In this document: positions 35,973 through 51,147 of the stretch, piece by piece
How positions within the stretch are numbered: the first letter of the stretch is position 1
Layout: the number at the start of each line of letters is the position of its first letter
Assembly: GCA_951406725.2 (NCBI GenBank)
Contig: OX597839.1
Coordinates: 2,480,001-2,544,000, forward strand
DNA: 64,000 nt
Source of the DNA: Octopus vulgaris
Taxonomy: Eukaryota
Reading direction: 5' to 3'
The notes under the pieces: generated by a model
What the model was told of the DNA's origin: nothing
What the model saw: the letters and a program-made list of their open reading frames with translations, nothing else
Database searches by the model: none
Translations under genes and position numbers: made by a program

Positions 35973-38900
35973 AGACTGATATTGTTTTTGTTTGACAGAG
36001 AAAGATAGACATATATATACGAATATATTGTGCCTCTCTCTCTCTCTCTCTGCCAGATTACTGTACAGAGAATAGACAGACACACGGACAGACACCAGTT
36101 GAGAGCAAGACATAAAGCCAGTCCTTACCAATTCCAATTTTGCTAGTTACAGGCACTTTACACTGGATACATTTTTTAATCATAATTTTTAGGCTACAGT
36201 CTTCGCAGGTCACCACATGACCACAGGGCTGGAACTTCACAGTTGCCTGTTTATCAGAACACAGCAAACAATCTCTGATATGACTTCTTGGATCATCGAT
36301 ATGGTCTGGCACTTGTTGTCCCATTCTATGGAAGAGAGAAAGGAAAGATGAGTAATGAAAGAGAGAAGAAACTGCATATACACACTCACAAACACAGAGA
36401 GAAAGAATCTATCCAGGGTGGCCCAAAAGCAGGTTTACAGTTATCATGTTGGCACTTTAGATTCCTTTATAACACTTTATTACATTTAAATTTCTATCTT
36501 ACAATTAACTAAATTAGCATCGAATAATGGTTTCGTATTTTTTTTTATAAGTAAGATCTAAACTGTTAATATATCAATGCGAAAGAGATAGTTGAGTAAC
36601 TGTAAACCTACTTCTGGGCTACCCTGTATAATAATCTATTAGCTGAAGCATGAGGGGAAGAGCAAGAGAAAAAGACAGTGAGAGAAAAGAAGGAGAGAGA
36701 AGTGTTAATAATGTGCTGTAGGGTGGGGAGAGAAAAGTAAAGGAAAAGAGATATGTTTAGGATGCAATATTCAGCAGAGGGTAATGTTCTGGTGGTGAGG
36801 TTAAAGAAAGATAGATAAAGAGAGATGGGAAGGGCAGGCAGTTACATTAAGAGAGAGGTAGAGAGAGAGAGTTAGTGGAAGTGAGAGGTGAAGAGAAAGA
36901 GAGAAATGTTAAAGACATGAAGATGGAAATTACATGGTTAAAAAGCTTGTTGAAGAGGTAGAGAGAAATTTTAAAATCTAATATATTATTGTGACTGGAA
37001 GTGAAATACTTAGCAAAATAATGATGTAGTTCAGTATAGAAAACTGCGTTTAGGAGCCTACCCTCCATCCTTCAAACATGCCCTGTCCAGCACTGCTGCA
37101 ATGTCTGTTTTCCATGCTGGCAAGGGTTGGATGGCTTGACAGGAGGTGGCCAGTTAGACGATTGCACCAAGCTCTATTGTCTGTTTTGGCATGGTTTGTA
37201 TGGCTGGATGCCCTTCTTAATGCCAACCACTTTATACAGTGGACTGGGTGCGTTCACATGGCACCAACACTGGCGAGGTGTGTTTTTGCATGGTTTTTAC
37301 GACTGGATTCCATTCCTCATGCCAACCAATTTACAGAGTTTACTGGGTGCATTTCATGCAGCATGAGCACCTGTTTTGGCATGGTTTTTATGATTGGATG
37401 CTCTTGCTAATGCCAGCCACTTTACAGAGTGGATGGGGTGCTTGTTAAATGGCACAAGTACTGCAAAATCTGTATATATATCATATAGGCACAGGCATGG
37501 CTGTGTGGTAAGAAGCTTGCTTCCCAACCACATGGTACCAGGTTCAGTTCCACTGCATGGCACCTGGGGCAAATGTCTACTATAGCCTCAGGCCGATCAA
37601 AGCCTTGTGAGTGGATTTGGTAGATGGAAACTGAAAGAAACCCTTTCTATATATGTGTGTGTGTTTTATTTTGTGTGTGTGTGTTTTTGTGTCTGTGTTT
37701 GTGGTCCTATTACTGCTTGACAACCAGTATTGATATGTTTATGTCCCCATAACTTAGCAGTTTGGCAAAAGTAGCAATAGAATAAGTACTAGGCTTAAAA
37801 AAAATAAATCTTGGGGTTGATTTGTTCAACTAAAATCCTTCAAGGTGGTGCTCTGGCATGACTGCAGTCAAATGTTTGACACAAGTAAAAGAAGCATGTG
37901 TGTGTATGTCTGTGTGTGTGTGTGTGTGTTTCTGTTCGTTTTCATACAGCCAGTATGTGAGTATAAATGGATACCATGTTTATGTGGCTTGTAAACAACT
38001 AAAATTAACAATAACAGGGAATATAAATGCAGTTAGATAGAAAATTCTCCCAAACAAATTAAAACAAGGCAAATTTATGTTATCGCTGTCCTTCCATACT
38101 TACGAAATTGCAGCAAACCTCTTCACCCTCTCTTCTAATATCGAATCGCCTATGATGTCGAGTGGTGTAACCTTTCGGTGGTTTTTATGGTAAAGATCTG
38201 CACCTCGTTGTGCTAGATAACAGGCTACAACCACACCTGAACGCTCATCTTCTTCGCTTAAGCCAAGTTGTGAACGAATCTGAAAGAAATAAAACTGATA
38301 ACAATACATATAAACAGAGAAGGCTATCGTGTCATTAAAAGTACATTTTGTAACCACATGAGTCCCAAGTTCGATCCCTTTGCATGGCACCTCAAAAAAA
38401 AAAAATTACTTCAACTGTGTTGACCAAAAGTTCAAGATAGATATTTGGTAGAGTATACTGTGTTTCATTGCTTTCTGTCACTTTACTCTCATCATTGTTC
38501 AGTCCCATCCCTATTTATCTGTTCAGTCAGCAATAACCCTCACCATTCACTCCCTTCACAGTCTGTTCATCTGCCATTCTTATTTATTTGTTCAACCCAT
38601 CACTTTCTATTCAGCCCCTATTTATCTTGTTCAGTCCCCATAACTATCTGTTTAGTCCCAAAACTATCTATTTAGCTCCATCACTATCTGTTTTGCCCTA
38701 TTATTATCTGTTTAGCCCCATCACTATCTGTTTAGCCCCATAACTATTTGTTTAGCCCCATCATTATCTGTTCAACCCTATAAGTATCTGTTTAGCCCCA
38801 TAACTATCTGTTTAGCGTCATCACTATCTATTTAGCCCCATAACTATCTGTTTAACCTCATCACTATCTGTTTAGCCCCATAACTATTTGTTTAGCCCCA

Positions 38901-41900
38901 TCATTATCTGTTTAGCCCCATAACTATCTGTTTAACCCCATCACTATCTGTTTAGCCCCATCACTATCTATTTAGCTCCATCACTATCTGATAATTACCA
39001 TCACTATCTATTTCTCTCCATCTCTATCTGTTTAGCCCCATAACTATCTGTTTAGCCTCATCACTATCTGTTCAGTCCCCATCACTATCTGTTCAATCCC
39101 ATAACTATTTCTCTTGTTCAGTTCCCATTCACTGTCTGTTCAGTTGCCATTTCTAAATGTTTCATGTCGTTATCATCCCTTCAGTCATTCTTAGCTATCT
39201 ATTCACTCCCACTACTATCTTTTTCAATTCTATCACTGTCTGTCCAACCCCATTTGCTATCTATCTGTTCAGTCCTGTCTAAATCTTTCCAGCTTTATTA
39301 TGATCCATTCAAACCCATCAGTGTCTGTCCAGCCCCAATACTATCTGTCTGCTTAACTATATCACTATTTGTTCAGTCCTATCACTAATTGTTCTGTAAT
39401 TAAATATTTAGTCCCATCACTATTTATCTGTTCACTGCCACCATTAACCCTTTCGTTACTGCATTTATTTTGAGATGCTCTATGTTCCTTTCAATTACTT
39501 TAAATATAACAAAGAATTTAGTAAAATAACTCAGTTATCATTAAGCTAGTGTTACTAACATAAATTGTGACTAAGGTTTGGTGGAAAATTTTAATTCAAA
39601 ATTTATGAAAACAAGACATTTGTACTCAGAACCAGAGCCGGTTTGGTAACGAAAGGGTTAACTATTCAATCCCAACACTATATGTTCAGTCCTGTCATGG
39701 TTCGTTCAGTCCCAATACTGCCTGATTAGTCCTGTTACTGCAGCACAATCTATCTATTCACTTCTGTCACTATTTCTCTGTTCAATCTCCCCACTATATA
39801 TTCAGCCATTTGTATCTGACAGTTCAGTCCTGTTCCTAACCCACTTCTAGCTCTGAACTGCTATTAGTCTAGAAGACAGAAAGTCAGTGTGGTAACCATC
39901 AGTCTCTCTGTTTCTATCTTTTAACCCCCACCACCACATTTTTCTGTCCCTCTGCATCTCATACTCTATCCCTCTCTAACAGGCACAAACTTTCTCTCTC
40001 TCTCTCACACACATTCATATACACTCTCTCTCTCACTCATGCTCACACTCTCACACACACACAACAAAACCCCAAATGTTTCCACTTACTCCATCTAGTA
40101 CTTGTGAGTGTTCACTCTCGCTGCCAACAGTCTGCCTCAAGAGAGCCAGATGCAGGCAGATATCTCCGTCTTCATCTTCAGCGTTGATTTCCGCTCCTTT
40201 TGACACCAGGAATTCCGTCAAACCTATATGGCCCTGGGACACAGCAAGGAGAAGTGGAGTCTGTTGACGATTGTTCCGAATATCCAATTGTGCTTGGCCC
40301 TAGAAAACAGAGAGAGAGATGTTAGTGGTAATGATGATGGTGGTGGCAGTAGTGTAGCTAAGAGGGCAAGAGAAGAGGAGAGACCACTCTCCCCTGTGAC
40401 ACATTTTTCAAAATTGGCGCTTTTTCAGCATTTATTTTTTAACTCTTTAGTTTATTTGTGCGATAAAGATTGAATCTCTATTTTTTTGTGTCCCAAAAAG
40501 ATGTGGGATGAAGTGGTGGGAAGGGATCTTCGGATGCTGGGCCTCACTGAGGAAATGACAAGGGACCGGGAGATGTAGGGATTTGCTGTACTTAAGACAC
40601 ATCAAGCTAAGTAAAATCTCTGTCTTCCACACATATAGGCTTGTCCTTTCAGGTGTTGGTGTCACTTAAAAAGCACCCATGTCAGTGCTGTGTTAATGCA
40701 CCCATGCTGGTGCTGTGTTAATGCACCCGGGCTGGTGGCATGCAAAAAGCACCCAGTACACTTAAGTGGTTGGCATTAGGAAGAGCATCCACCTGTAGAA
40801 ATCGTGCCACAACAGACAGTTAGAGTCTGGGACAGTGCCCTGCTAGCCAGCTACAAGCCGTTCAACCCATGCCAGCATAGAAAGCGGATGTTAAATGATA
40901 AAGATGATGATGATGTTAATCACATGGCCTTGGAAGAACTTTCTGGACTCATTACTTTATTTGACCAAACCCCTGTGATTTCGAACTGTCTGCTCAATCT
41001 CCTGTGATGTGTTGGTGGCCACTGATGTTATCCCTTGGATAACATTGGTGGCATGGAGAGGGGAGACTGGTATGCATGGGCAACTGCTGGTCTTCTATAA
41101 ACAACCTTGCCTCGACTTGTGCTTCAGAGGGGAACTTTTCATACATAATGACATCGTTAGTGAAGCATGAAATTAATGAATGTAGAATAATTTATGTATA
41201 TTATAACTTATGAAATAAGTTGCATGGTATAAGAGAAATGAGTTAAAAATTGTATGGTATGTTTAACAGCACCTTTTTATGTACTCACTCCCCTTAACTT
41301 TAGAATCTGGCTACATCTCTGGATAGTGGTGGTGGCAATCTTTGTGGTGTTAGAGGTGTTAGAGGCAGCAGTAAGATGGTAGTGGCAAGGAGGGTGATGA
41401 TAGGGGAGAAAGGGTAGCGAAACTTGGCCAAGTCACAAAAGTAGCAAGGAAGAGGAGACATAAAAACTATGAAATAAAGTTTTTTTTTAATTGAAATACA
41501 AACAACTTGAAAATTTTGTACCACATGCTGGTGCCTTTAAAAAGCATCCAGTCTACTCTGTAAAGTAGTTGACATTAGGAAGGGCAGCCAGCCATAAAAA
41601 CCATGCCAAAAAGACAGTGAGGCTTGGTGCAGTCCTCTGGCTTGACAGCTCCTGTGAAACTGTTCAACTCACGCCAGCATCGAAAAGAGACATTAAATGA
41701 TGATAATGATGATGGCGCAGGATTGGCTGTGTGGTAAGTAGCTTGTTTACCAACCACATGGTTCCGGGTTCAGTCCCACTGCGTGGCACCTTGGGCAAGT
41801 GTCTTCTACTATAGCCTCGGGCCGACCAAAACCTTGTGAGTGGATTTGGTAGACGGAAACTGAAAGAAGCCCGTCGTATGTGTGCGTGTATGTTTGTGTG

Positions 41901-44900
41901 TCTGTATTTGTCCCCCTAGCATTGCTTGACAACTGATGCTGGTGTGTTTATGTCCCCGTTACTTAGCGGTTCGGCAAAAGAGACCAATAGAATAAGTACT
42001 GGGCTTACAAAAGAATAAGTCCCGGGGTTGAGTTGCTCGATTAAAAAGGCGGTGCTCCAGCATGGCCGCAGTCAAATGACTGAAACAAGTAAAAGAGTAA
42101 AAGAGTATGGCAACCAGGGGTTATGTTAAAGATATCAGCATTTATTAAAGGCCCTAATACCTACCACAGTGAGGAGCGTGTTAGCAACCTCTCGGTGGCC
42201 ATTTAAAGCTGCAAGGTGTAGTGCGGCAAAACCATCATCTTTCTTAATATCAACAATATGTCGGCATTTTTGCAGAATTCTTTCAGTTGCGCTGGAAGAA
42301 AAAAAACAAAAAAAAATGAGTTGAATCTAATCTAATCAAACTGTCTAAACCATCCCAGCATGAAATACAGAATATGACAAGGAAAGACCCTGAACGAAAG
42401 TGCACACACGTAGCTGCAAAATGTACTTTTAATGACATGACAGCCTTCTCTGTTTATATATCTCATCTTTTTTCACATATGCAACTGTACATATTCTATG
42501 TAGCAGAAACACGTGTCGGTCGTTTTAACTAAGTAATTATGCTGTACTAGCTGGACCCATGAAAACTTCACAGAAAACATAAAAATGTAAGCGTCTGTAA
42601 ATAGAGACTTAATAACATTAGTGGCGTAGAGAGCAGGAGGCTGGTATGCATGGGTGACTGCTAATCTTCCGTAAAATCCTTTGTACAAGCCTGCACTTCA
42701 AAGAGGAATTTTCCAAGTACAGCAATTCCTGGTTGGCCATGGCCAATGGAGGCCCTATGATATAGTATCCTAAAGAAAAGATTCTCTGTCTGTATCCACT
42801 ATCTTGTCCCTTGAGGTGGTCATGGCTAGAACGAGGCCATACTTGGTGCTGAGAAGGTGGGATTAATGAACAATAATTAACAATAACAACAAAAAAAAAA
42901 AATGAACGAGAAAAGACAACAGCAATTAACTTACAAGTTATTCCCCTTGAGAGCTGCGTGATGTAACACATTGAAGCCTCGGTTGTTACGCAACGTGTAA
43001 TCGATACCAGGATAGCTGACAAGAAAATCAATGATCTGTCTGTTCTCTTTACCTATAGCGTCATGTAGGGCAGTATCTCCATATGCATCCTATGGATGAG
43101 AATGATAACAATAATGACAACAACAACAATAAAAATAATTCTTTCAGGCACAAGGCCTGAAATTTTGCAGGAGGTGGGGGAGGGGGGGTAGTCGATTACA
43201 TTGACCCCCCCCAATAGTCAACTTGAACTTATTTTATTGAAGCCAGAAGGAGGAAAGGCAAAGTTGGTCGCAGTGGAATTTGAACTCAAAACATAAAGAC
43301 TGATGAAATGCAGTGAAACATTTTGTCTGGCATGAGAAGTGTTTTGCCACCTTGCTGCCTTAATAATGGTTTCAAATTTTGTCATAATAGCACACCGGGC
43401 GAAATGCTTAGCGGTATTTTGTCTGCCATTACGTTGTGAGTTCAAATTCCGCCAAGGTCGATTTTGCCTTTCATCCTTTCAGGGTTGATTAAATAAGTAC
43501 AAGTTACGCATGTGGGAGGACGTCAGCAGCTGGGTGCGTTGACCGGAAGTTGGGGCAACCAGAAGGGGCAGCCGTGAGGCGCGCACAGGGAGCGGTGATT
43601 TCGGCCTTTTCGAACGAGGGTCGTCGAGGTGTTAAGACGTGTGAAGACGTTGCTAAGGTTGGGTGAAGCAGCTGCTATCTTTAGCGTTCGGGTCGGGGCT
43701 GTGACGAAGGATCCGTTACCACTGAAGGGTCTCTATCAGAGCGAAGAGAAGGTAGGTGCCTTTATATTCGAATCTCGCACACACCACAACGCAATGGGGT
43801 CGATACAATCGACTTAATTCGTTTGTCTGTCCTTGTTTGTCCCCTCTGTGTTTAGCCCCTTGTGGGTAGTAAAGAAATAGGTATTCAAATTATTCTGTAA
43901 GATGTAATGCTTATTTATTCACACTGTTTTGAATTAACCATGCATTATCTCATAGCTTTGAGACCTCAATGATGTGATTGTAGGTTTAGTATAAGGCAGT
44001 GCTTTTCAAACTTTTTGCTGGAGCGGAACCCCAAGGAAGCATTCCACTGGCTCGAGGAACCCCTGTGGCAATAATTTAATAGTCTTATGCACACATATCT
44101 GCACAGGAGAATTAAAAATTACTGCCAATTTTAGCAGTTTTGTAACTTCTTGCAGAACCCCTGGACTGTATTGGCGGAACCCTGGTTGAAAATCACTGGT
44201 ATAAGGATTAGTAAGATTAGTATAAGGGGCCAAATTTGGCCAGTTTGAACAGGTAGAATATTTGGGCTGGATATGGTCAGTTTAAATGCCAGAGGGTAAA
44301 AGATGCTTTTTACAGTAGAGTGGATGGAAGGAAGGATCTTTCATGTTAGCTACGACTGTTGTTGCTGTTGCTGTTACATACCTGAATATTAACTGGAGTC
44401 GAATGCTTAAGTAATACCCGGACACACTTGACAAACTGTTTATTCACGGCTACATGAAGTGTGCTACAGCCACCCTTATTGAAAGCGTTAATGTTGGCTC
44501 CCTTCAACAACAGCAGTTCCATTACCTCTGGTTGGTTCCTGGAAAGGCACAAAAACCAAAGATCAAAAAATTTACAAGGAAAAGAAAAATAGTGATGACA
44601 ACAATGATGATGGTGCTGGTGGTGGTGGTGGTAAAGATGGTGGCAGTGGTGGTAACGATGGTGATGGTAGTGGTGGCAGTGCTGGTGAGAATTGTGGTGG
44701 TGGTGGTGACAAAGGTAGTTGTAGTGATGGTGATAATAGTTATGGAGATGGTGATGATGAGGGTAGTGATGAGTGATGGAGGTGATGGTGGTGGTGATGG
44801 TAGTGCTGGTGACGATCATGATGGTGGTGGTGGTGGTGATGGTGGCGATAAAGGTAGTGGTAGTGATGACGATAGTAGTTATGGAGGTGATGATGATGAT

Positions 44901-47900
44901 GGTGGTGGTAGTGGGGGTGATGATGGCGGTGGTAGTGATGGTGATGATTAGATATGGTGAATGGGCAACATGAAAGGAGGCATGACCAAGGGTAAATATC
45001 AGTTGAGGGGTGGGGGGAGTAGTGAAGGAAACAAGAGCGAGTCAGGGAGGAAAAAGTGGAGGTGATAAATGACAGCAGAAGATGAAGAGTGAGGTCATTG
45101 CTATAAGCCTTGGCTGAAAAGTTCATAAGCTGACCAAAGACACTCTCATGGAACGTGAGACCAAATGAGAATTATTTTTCAACATAGTACCCCCACCCCC
45201 ATTTATGGTCCACACACTTTTTTCCATTGGTGTTGCAGTTCTTGGATCTGATTGATGAAGAAGGTTTCATCCTGTTGGTCAAAAACCTCATCAACAGCAG
45301 ATGTGACATCATCACTACTATGCTGCTTCCCAGCTGAGTGTTTTTTACATTTTGGGGGACAGATGATAGTGAGATGGGGTCATTGCCAGTTGAAAACATA
45401 TATTTCTGGTTGGAAAATAAGGAGAGACAATGTAGGGTGAGCAGGACTCTTTGGACAGGAGGGTGACCATTCCATTAGTGGTACTGGTTTGTTCTTTCTC
45501 GAGCCATGCCTGGCTCATAAGGGCCAGTTTCCCGGTTTCCTTGGCATATAGGTTCCCCACCTGGATGGGACGCCGGTCCATCGCAGGTGAGTTGCAAGAT
45601 GCTGGAGGAAAGAGTGAGAGAAAGTTGTGGCTAAAGAGTCAGCAGAAGTTCGCCATTACCTTCTGTCGGAGCGGCGTGGAGCTTAGGTCTTTCGCTCATA
45701 AACACACACATCGCCCGGTCTGAGATTCGAACCCGTGACCCCTCGACCACAAGTCTGCTGCTCTAACCACTAAGCCAAGTGCCTTCACAGTGGTGCTGGT
45801 ACCACAATACACCCTATACATCATCATCATCGTTTAACGTCCGTTTTCCGTGCTAGCACGGGTTGGACGGTTCGACCGGGGTCTGGGAAGCCAGGGGCTG
45901 CACCAGGCTCCGGTCTGATCTGTTTCTACAGCTGGATGCCCTTCCTAACGCCAACCACTCCGCGAGTGTAGTGGGTGCTTTTTATGTGCCACCAGCACAG
46001 GTTCCACGGGAGTCTTGCATCAGCCACGATCAGTTGGTGCTTTTAACATGCCAGCGGCACGGAAGCCAGCCAAGGCGGCACTGGCATCGGCCACGATCGG
46101 ATGGTGCTTTTTATGTGCCACTGGCACAGAGCCAGTCAAGGCGATGCTGGCATCGGCCACGTTCAGATGGTGCTTTTTATGTGCCACCGGCACGGAAGCC
46201 AGTCGAGGCGGTGCTGGCATCGGCCACGTTTGGATGGTGCTTTTTATGTGCCCTCTCTGTAAAGTGGTTATGAATGAAATTTGGCACACTTGTGGAAGCC
46301 TGTCAATGGATTACTCTTATATTTTCAGCAGGAGACTCAATCCATCAAATGGTTTATCCCTTCAGCATTCAAATTATTCTGTTAAATATAATGCTTTCTC
46401 ATTCACATTGTTTTTAATTAATCATGCGTTATCTCATAGCTTTGGAATTTTGATGATCTAATTGTATATTTTTGGAATGACATTGAAGGTTATATATGAT
46501 AAGCTTGATCAGTGGCTGGTTTGAACATAAAACAGATAGCATATTTGGGCCAGATATGTGAAGGCACATGGCTCAGTGGTTAGAGCGTCAGGCTCACGAT
46601 CATAAGGTAGTGAGTTTGATTCCTGGACCAGGCTGTGTGTTGTGCTCTTGAGCCAGACACTTTATTTCACATTGCTCCAGTTCACTCAGATGTAGAAATG
46701 AGAGTTGCTACATCACAGGTGCCAAGCTGTATTGGCCTTTGCCTTCCCTTAGATGACATCGGTGGCATGGAGAGGGGAGGCTGGTATGCATGGGTGACTT
46801 CTGGTCTTCCATAAACAACCTTGCCTGGACTAGTGCCTTAGAGAGAAACTTTCTAGGTGCAATCCCATGACCAGTTTAAACACTAGAGGGTTAAAACTAC
46901 TGCCTGAGTCTTGCATTCCTGTGGAAAAGTTTGATCTGTTGCAAGCAGTCATGCTAAGTACCTGGCACGACAATAATTCTTTCTCCCTCCAATGTCCATC
47001 ATTTTAGGGGACTCTGTGACCAGTGGGAAAAAATAAGAGAGGAAGACAGAGCACTACACTCTGTCCTCTGGCTAAACAAACAAATAGATGAATAAGGAAA
47101 AAGAAGGCAAAAACCAAGAGATTCTTGGAGGATACTCTGTAAACATACCCAAATGCTGAATAATGCAGAGCTGTGTCTCCATCTTCATCTTGTAATTCTA
47201 AATTAGCTCCAGCATCCAGCAGCATTATTACAATATCTTTATGGCCCTGATGACTGGCAACTTGTAGGGCCGTTTTACCAGAACTTCTTTGATCAATCTG
47301 GAGTGAGAAAGAAATATAAGTGATAAAAGATGATGATATGGGTTGTCCTTTGTTAAATCATGTCCCAAATACCTGCTTAAAATTCTAATGTGTTCTCTTA
47401 AGTTCCAGATACGTTATCTTAACCCTTTAGCTTTCAGATTAAGCTATAAAATCTAATACTTGTTTATTCACATTGCTTTGAATTAATCATGCATTATCTT
47501 GTAGTTTAAAATTTCAAGGATTTGATTGTTTATTTTTAGAATGACATTGTAGGGTAGGTGTGAGATGTCAGATCTTGACAGTTCGCAACTGGTACTTATT
47601 TTATCGACTTCAAAAAGAAGAAAGCAAAGTCGACCTAAGCAGAATTTGAACTCAGAACATAAAGATGAATGAAAAACTGCTAAGCATTTTGCCCAGTGTA
47701 CTAATGATTCCGCCAGCTTCCTGCCTTAAAAGCATTAAATATTAATGCATACACTGGGCTGTGTGGTAAGTAGCTTGCTAACCAACCACATGGTTCCGGG
47801 TTCAGTCCCACAGCGTGGCATCTTGGGCAAGTGTCTTCTGCTATAGCCCCGGGCCGACCAATGCCTTGTGAGTGGATTTGGTAGACGGAAACTGAAAGAA

Positions 47901-49924
47901 GCCTGTCGTATATATGTATATATGTGTATGTGTGTGTGTGCGTTTGTCCCCCTAGTATTGCTTGACAACCGATGCTGGTGTGTTTTACGTCCCCGTCACT
48001 TAGCGGTTCGGCAAAAGAGACCGATAGAATAAGTACTGGGCTTACAAAGAATAAGTCCCGGGGTCGATTTGCTCGACTAAAGGCGGTGCTCCAGCATGGC
48101 CACAGTCAAATGACTGAAACAAGTAAAAGAGTAAAAGAGTAAAAGAGTATATCAAACGAAGTAAAGCAGAGAACATTTGAGATGTGAAATACAGAGAGGG
48201 GTGCGTAATGGCTTACTTTGTCTGGATGTTTTGTTATAACTTCACGAATATTGTCTATCTGTCCTTGAGCAGCTTCCCGTACGAACTGATCGAGACGTGT
48301 GTCTTTATGACTCATATTCAATAACTGTTCCAGCAGCTCCGTCAGCGATGCTACAAGAAGAAATTTTATTTAAAAATATTGCTACAGCATGGTCACAGAA
48401 AAGTACCAAGGAACAATAAACATTAATCCTAATAAAAGAAAGAATACATAGGCGCAGGAGTGGCTGTGTGGTAAGTAGCTTGCTAACCAACCACATGGTT
48501 CCGGGTTCAGTCCCACTGCGTGGCATTTTGTGAGTGGATTTGGTAGACGGAAACTGAAAGAAGCCTGTCGTATATATGTATATATATATAAGTGTGTATG
48601 TATATGTTTGTGTGTCTGTATTTGTCCCCCTAGCATTGCTGGTGTGTTTACGTCCCCGTCACTTAGCGATTCGGCAAAAGAGACGAATAGAATAAGTACT
48701 GGGCTTACAAAGAATAAGTCCCGGGGTCGATTTGCTCGACTGGAGGCGGTGCTCCAGCATGGCCACAGTCAAATGACTGAAACAAGTAAAAGAGTAAAGA
48801 GTAAAAGAGTATACGTGTATGCGTGTGTATATATGTATGCATGTATGTGTGTCTGTAATTATTCAGTTTTAATTTAAGACTTCTTGCCAATAGAGAAAGG
48901 TCCAGATTCTAACCTAGATGCAAGTCTCCTCCTTTGGAATCTCAACAGGATATTTTTCCATGTATGTGTGTCTATGTGCAATATTTGGAGTCATTGCATG
49001 AGCAGATTTGTATGTTTTGTTTTATGTATGTATCATCATGCATATGGTTGCATGTCTAGAGATGTGCTTATATACTTGGGATTACAAAGAATAAGTCCCG
49101 GGGTCGAGTTCACGACCAAAGGTGGTGCTCTAGCATAGCCGCAGTCAAATGACTGAAACAAGTAAAAGAAAGTAAAAGAAAGAAAGTAAATATCAGTGAG
49201 ACTTACCAGGGTCTTCCTCTCTATCACTCATACTATGAATGTTATTCACCTCGAGAGGACTATTTGGCGCCACTGCACAACACAAAGGGTTATATGTCCA
49301 CTTTTTACCAGACACCGCCACAAGTAAATCACCATCTGGGTAAACCTGTTTCACTTTACCAATTTTACCTAATGCCTGTATAACAACAAGAAAACAATAC
49401 AAAATAAAATAAAACACAGGTCAATCGAGGTCAAACATGATAAAAAAATAACCTAAAAAATACAGGTGAAATTAAGAGTAAAAGTAAACCTATGAGCAGG
49501 TGTATTAATAGTAGGAGATCCTTCAAGATTAGATTTTGAGATCCAGTGTACATAAAGGTGCAGGTGTGCCTGGGTGGTAAGAAGTTTGCTTCCTAATCAC
49601 ATAGTTCTGTGTTCAGCCCCACTGTGTAGTACCTTGGGCAAGTGTCTTCTATCACCTTGGGCCAATCAAAGCCTTGTAAGTGGATTTGGTAGATGGAAAC
49701 TGAAAGAAGCCCTTTGTGTATGTGTTTATATATATATATGATAGATCGGTAGCCACTACACACATATTTTTTCTCTCTTTGTTTTTTTTTTTTCTGTGTC
49801 CCTTTCTGTAGAAGAGTGCAGGTTTGAAACGTAAAAGAATTTTTCTATTCCTGAGCGTTATACTAATACATCTGTTTGTTTTGTACACCACCTGTCTTCA
49901 TCTTGTTTTTTTCATGAATTCTCC

Positions 49925-49958
<34 letters not shown>

Positions 49959-51105
49959 TTTAGAAGCTTTAAGCTTATAAAATATTATTATTTACAGAAT
50001 TGTAAAAATTGACATCATCATCATCATCATCGTTTAACATCTGTCTTCCATGCTGGCATGGGTTGGATGGTCTGACTGAGGTCTAGAGAGTCAGTGGCTG
50101 CACCAGACTCCAATCTGATCTGGCAAACTTTCTACAGCTGGATGCCCTTCCTAACGCCAACCATTCCGAGAGTGTAGTGGGTGCCTTTTAGGTGCCACTT
50201 GAAGATTTTATTTGAATTTTAGGCTATATTATTTCTAACAGACTAAGCAACGATGTGAGATGCCATATCATTGGTGTGAAAGTGAGAATCAAGTATCTCA
50301 GACTATATTATTCAATGTGTCCTTCCAACCCTTTTTTTTTTCAGAATATAAAGTAATGATTTGAATGAAATTTGGCTACTATTTCCAACAGTGTGAATAA
50401 CTATGCAAGATGCCCAATCATTGGTGCAAAAGTATGGCATATGCTAACCAAGTTGGAATTGAGTATCTAGGACTATATTATTTAATCTGTTCTTTCTACT
50501 TATTTTTTTTCTTTAGAGAGTATACTGTGATGATTTGAATGAGATTTGGCTGCTATTTCTAACAGTTTGTACAACCATGTAAGATAGAACTGTTCATCTG
50601 TCTGATAACCTATAAATCAATGGTCAACAGAGAAACATGGACCAATGGGAGAGGAGGAAATTCAGGAAGAACAATGAATGAGATGATGATAACCGATATT
50701 TGTTAATTCTCTCATTTTTTTATCTTTCCAACTTGTCTTAGTCATAGGACAGTGGCCATGCTGGAGCACTGCCCCGAAAAGTTTTAGTCTAAGAAATCAC
50801 CCCAGTACTTATCATCTTTTTTTTTTTTACTTGTTTCAGTCATTTGACTCTGGCAATGCTGGGGCACTATTTTTCAAAGGGCTTTTTAGTCAAACACATT
50901 GACCCCAGGACTTTTTTCTTAAAGCTTAGTACTTATTCTATTGATATTATTTACTGAACCACAATACCAGTTGTTAGGCAGCATTGAGGGGACAAACACA
51001 GACAAACAAACAAACACACACATATGAATGTGTGTATGAATGTATGTGAGTGAGTGTGTGTGTATGTGTGTCATCATCATCGTCGTTTAACGTCCGTTCT
51101 CCATG

Positions 51106-51147
<42 letters not shown>

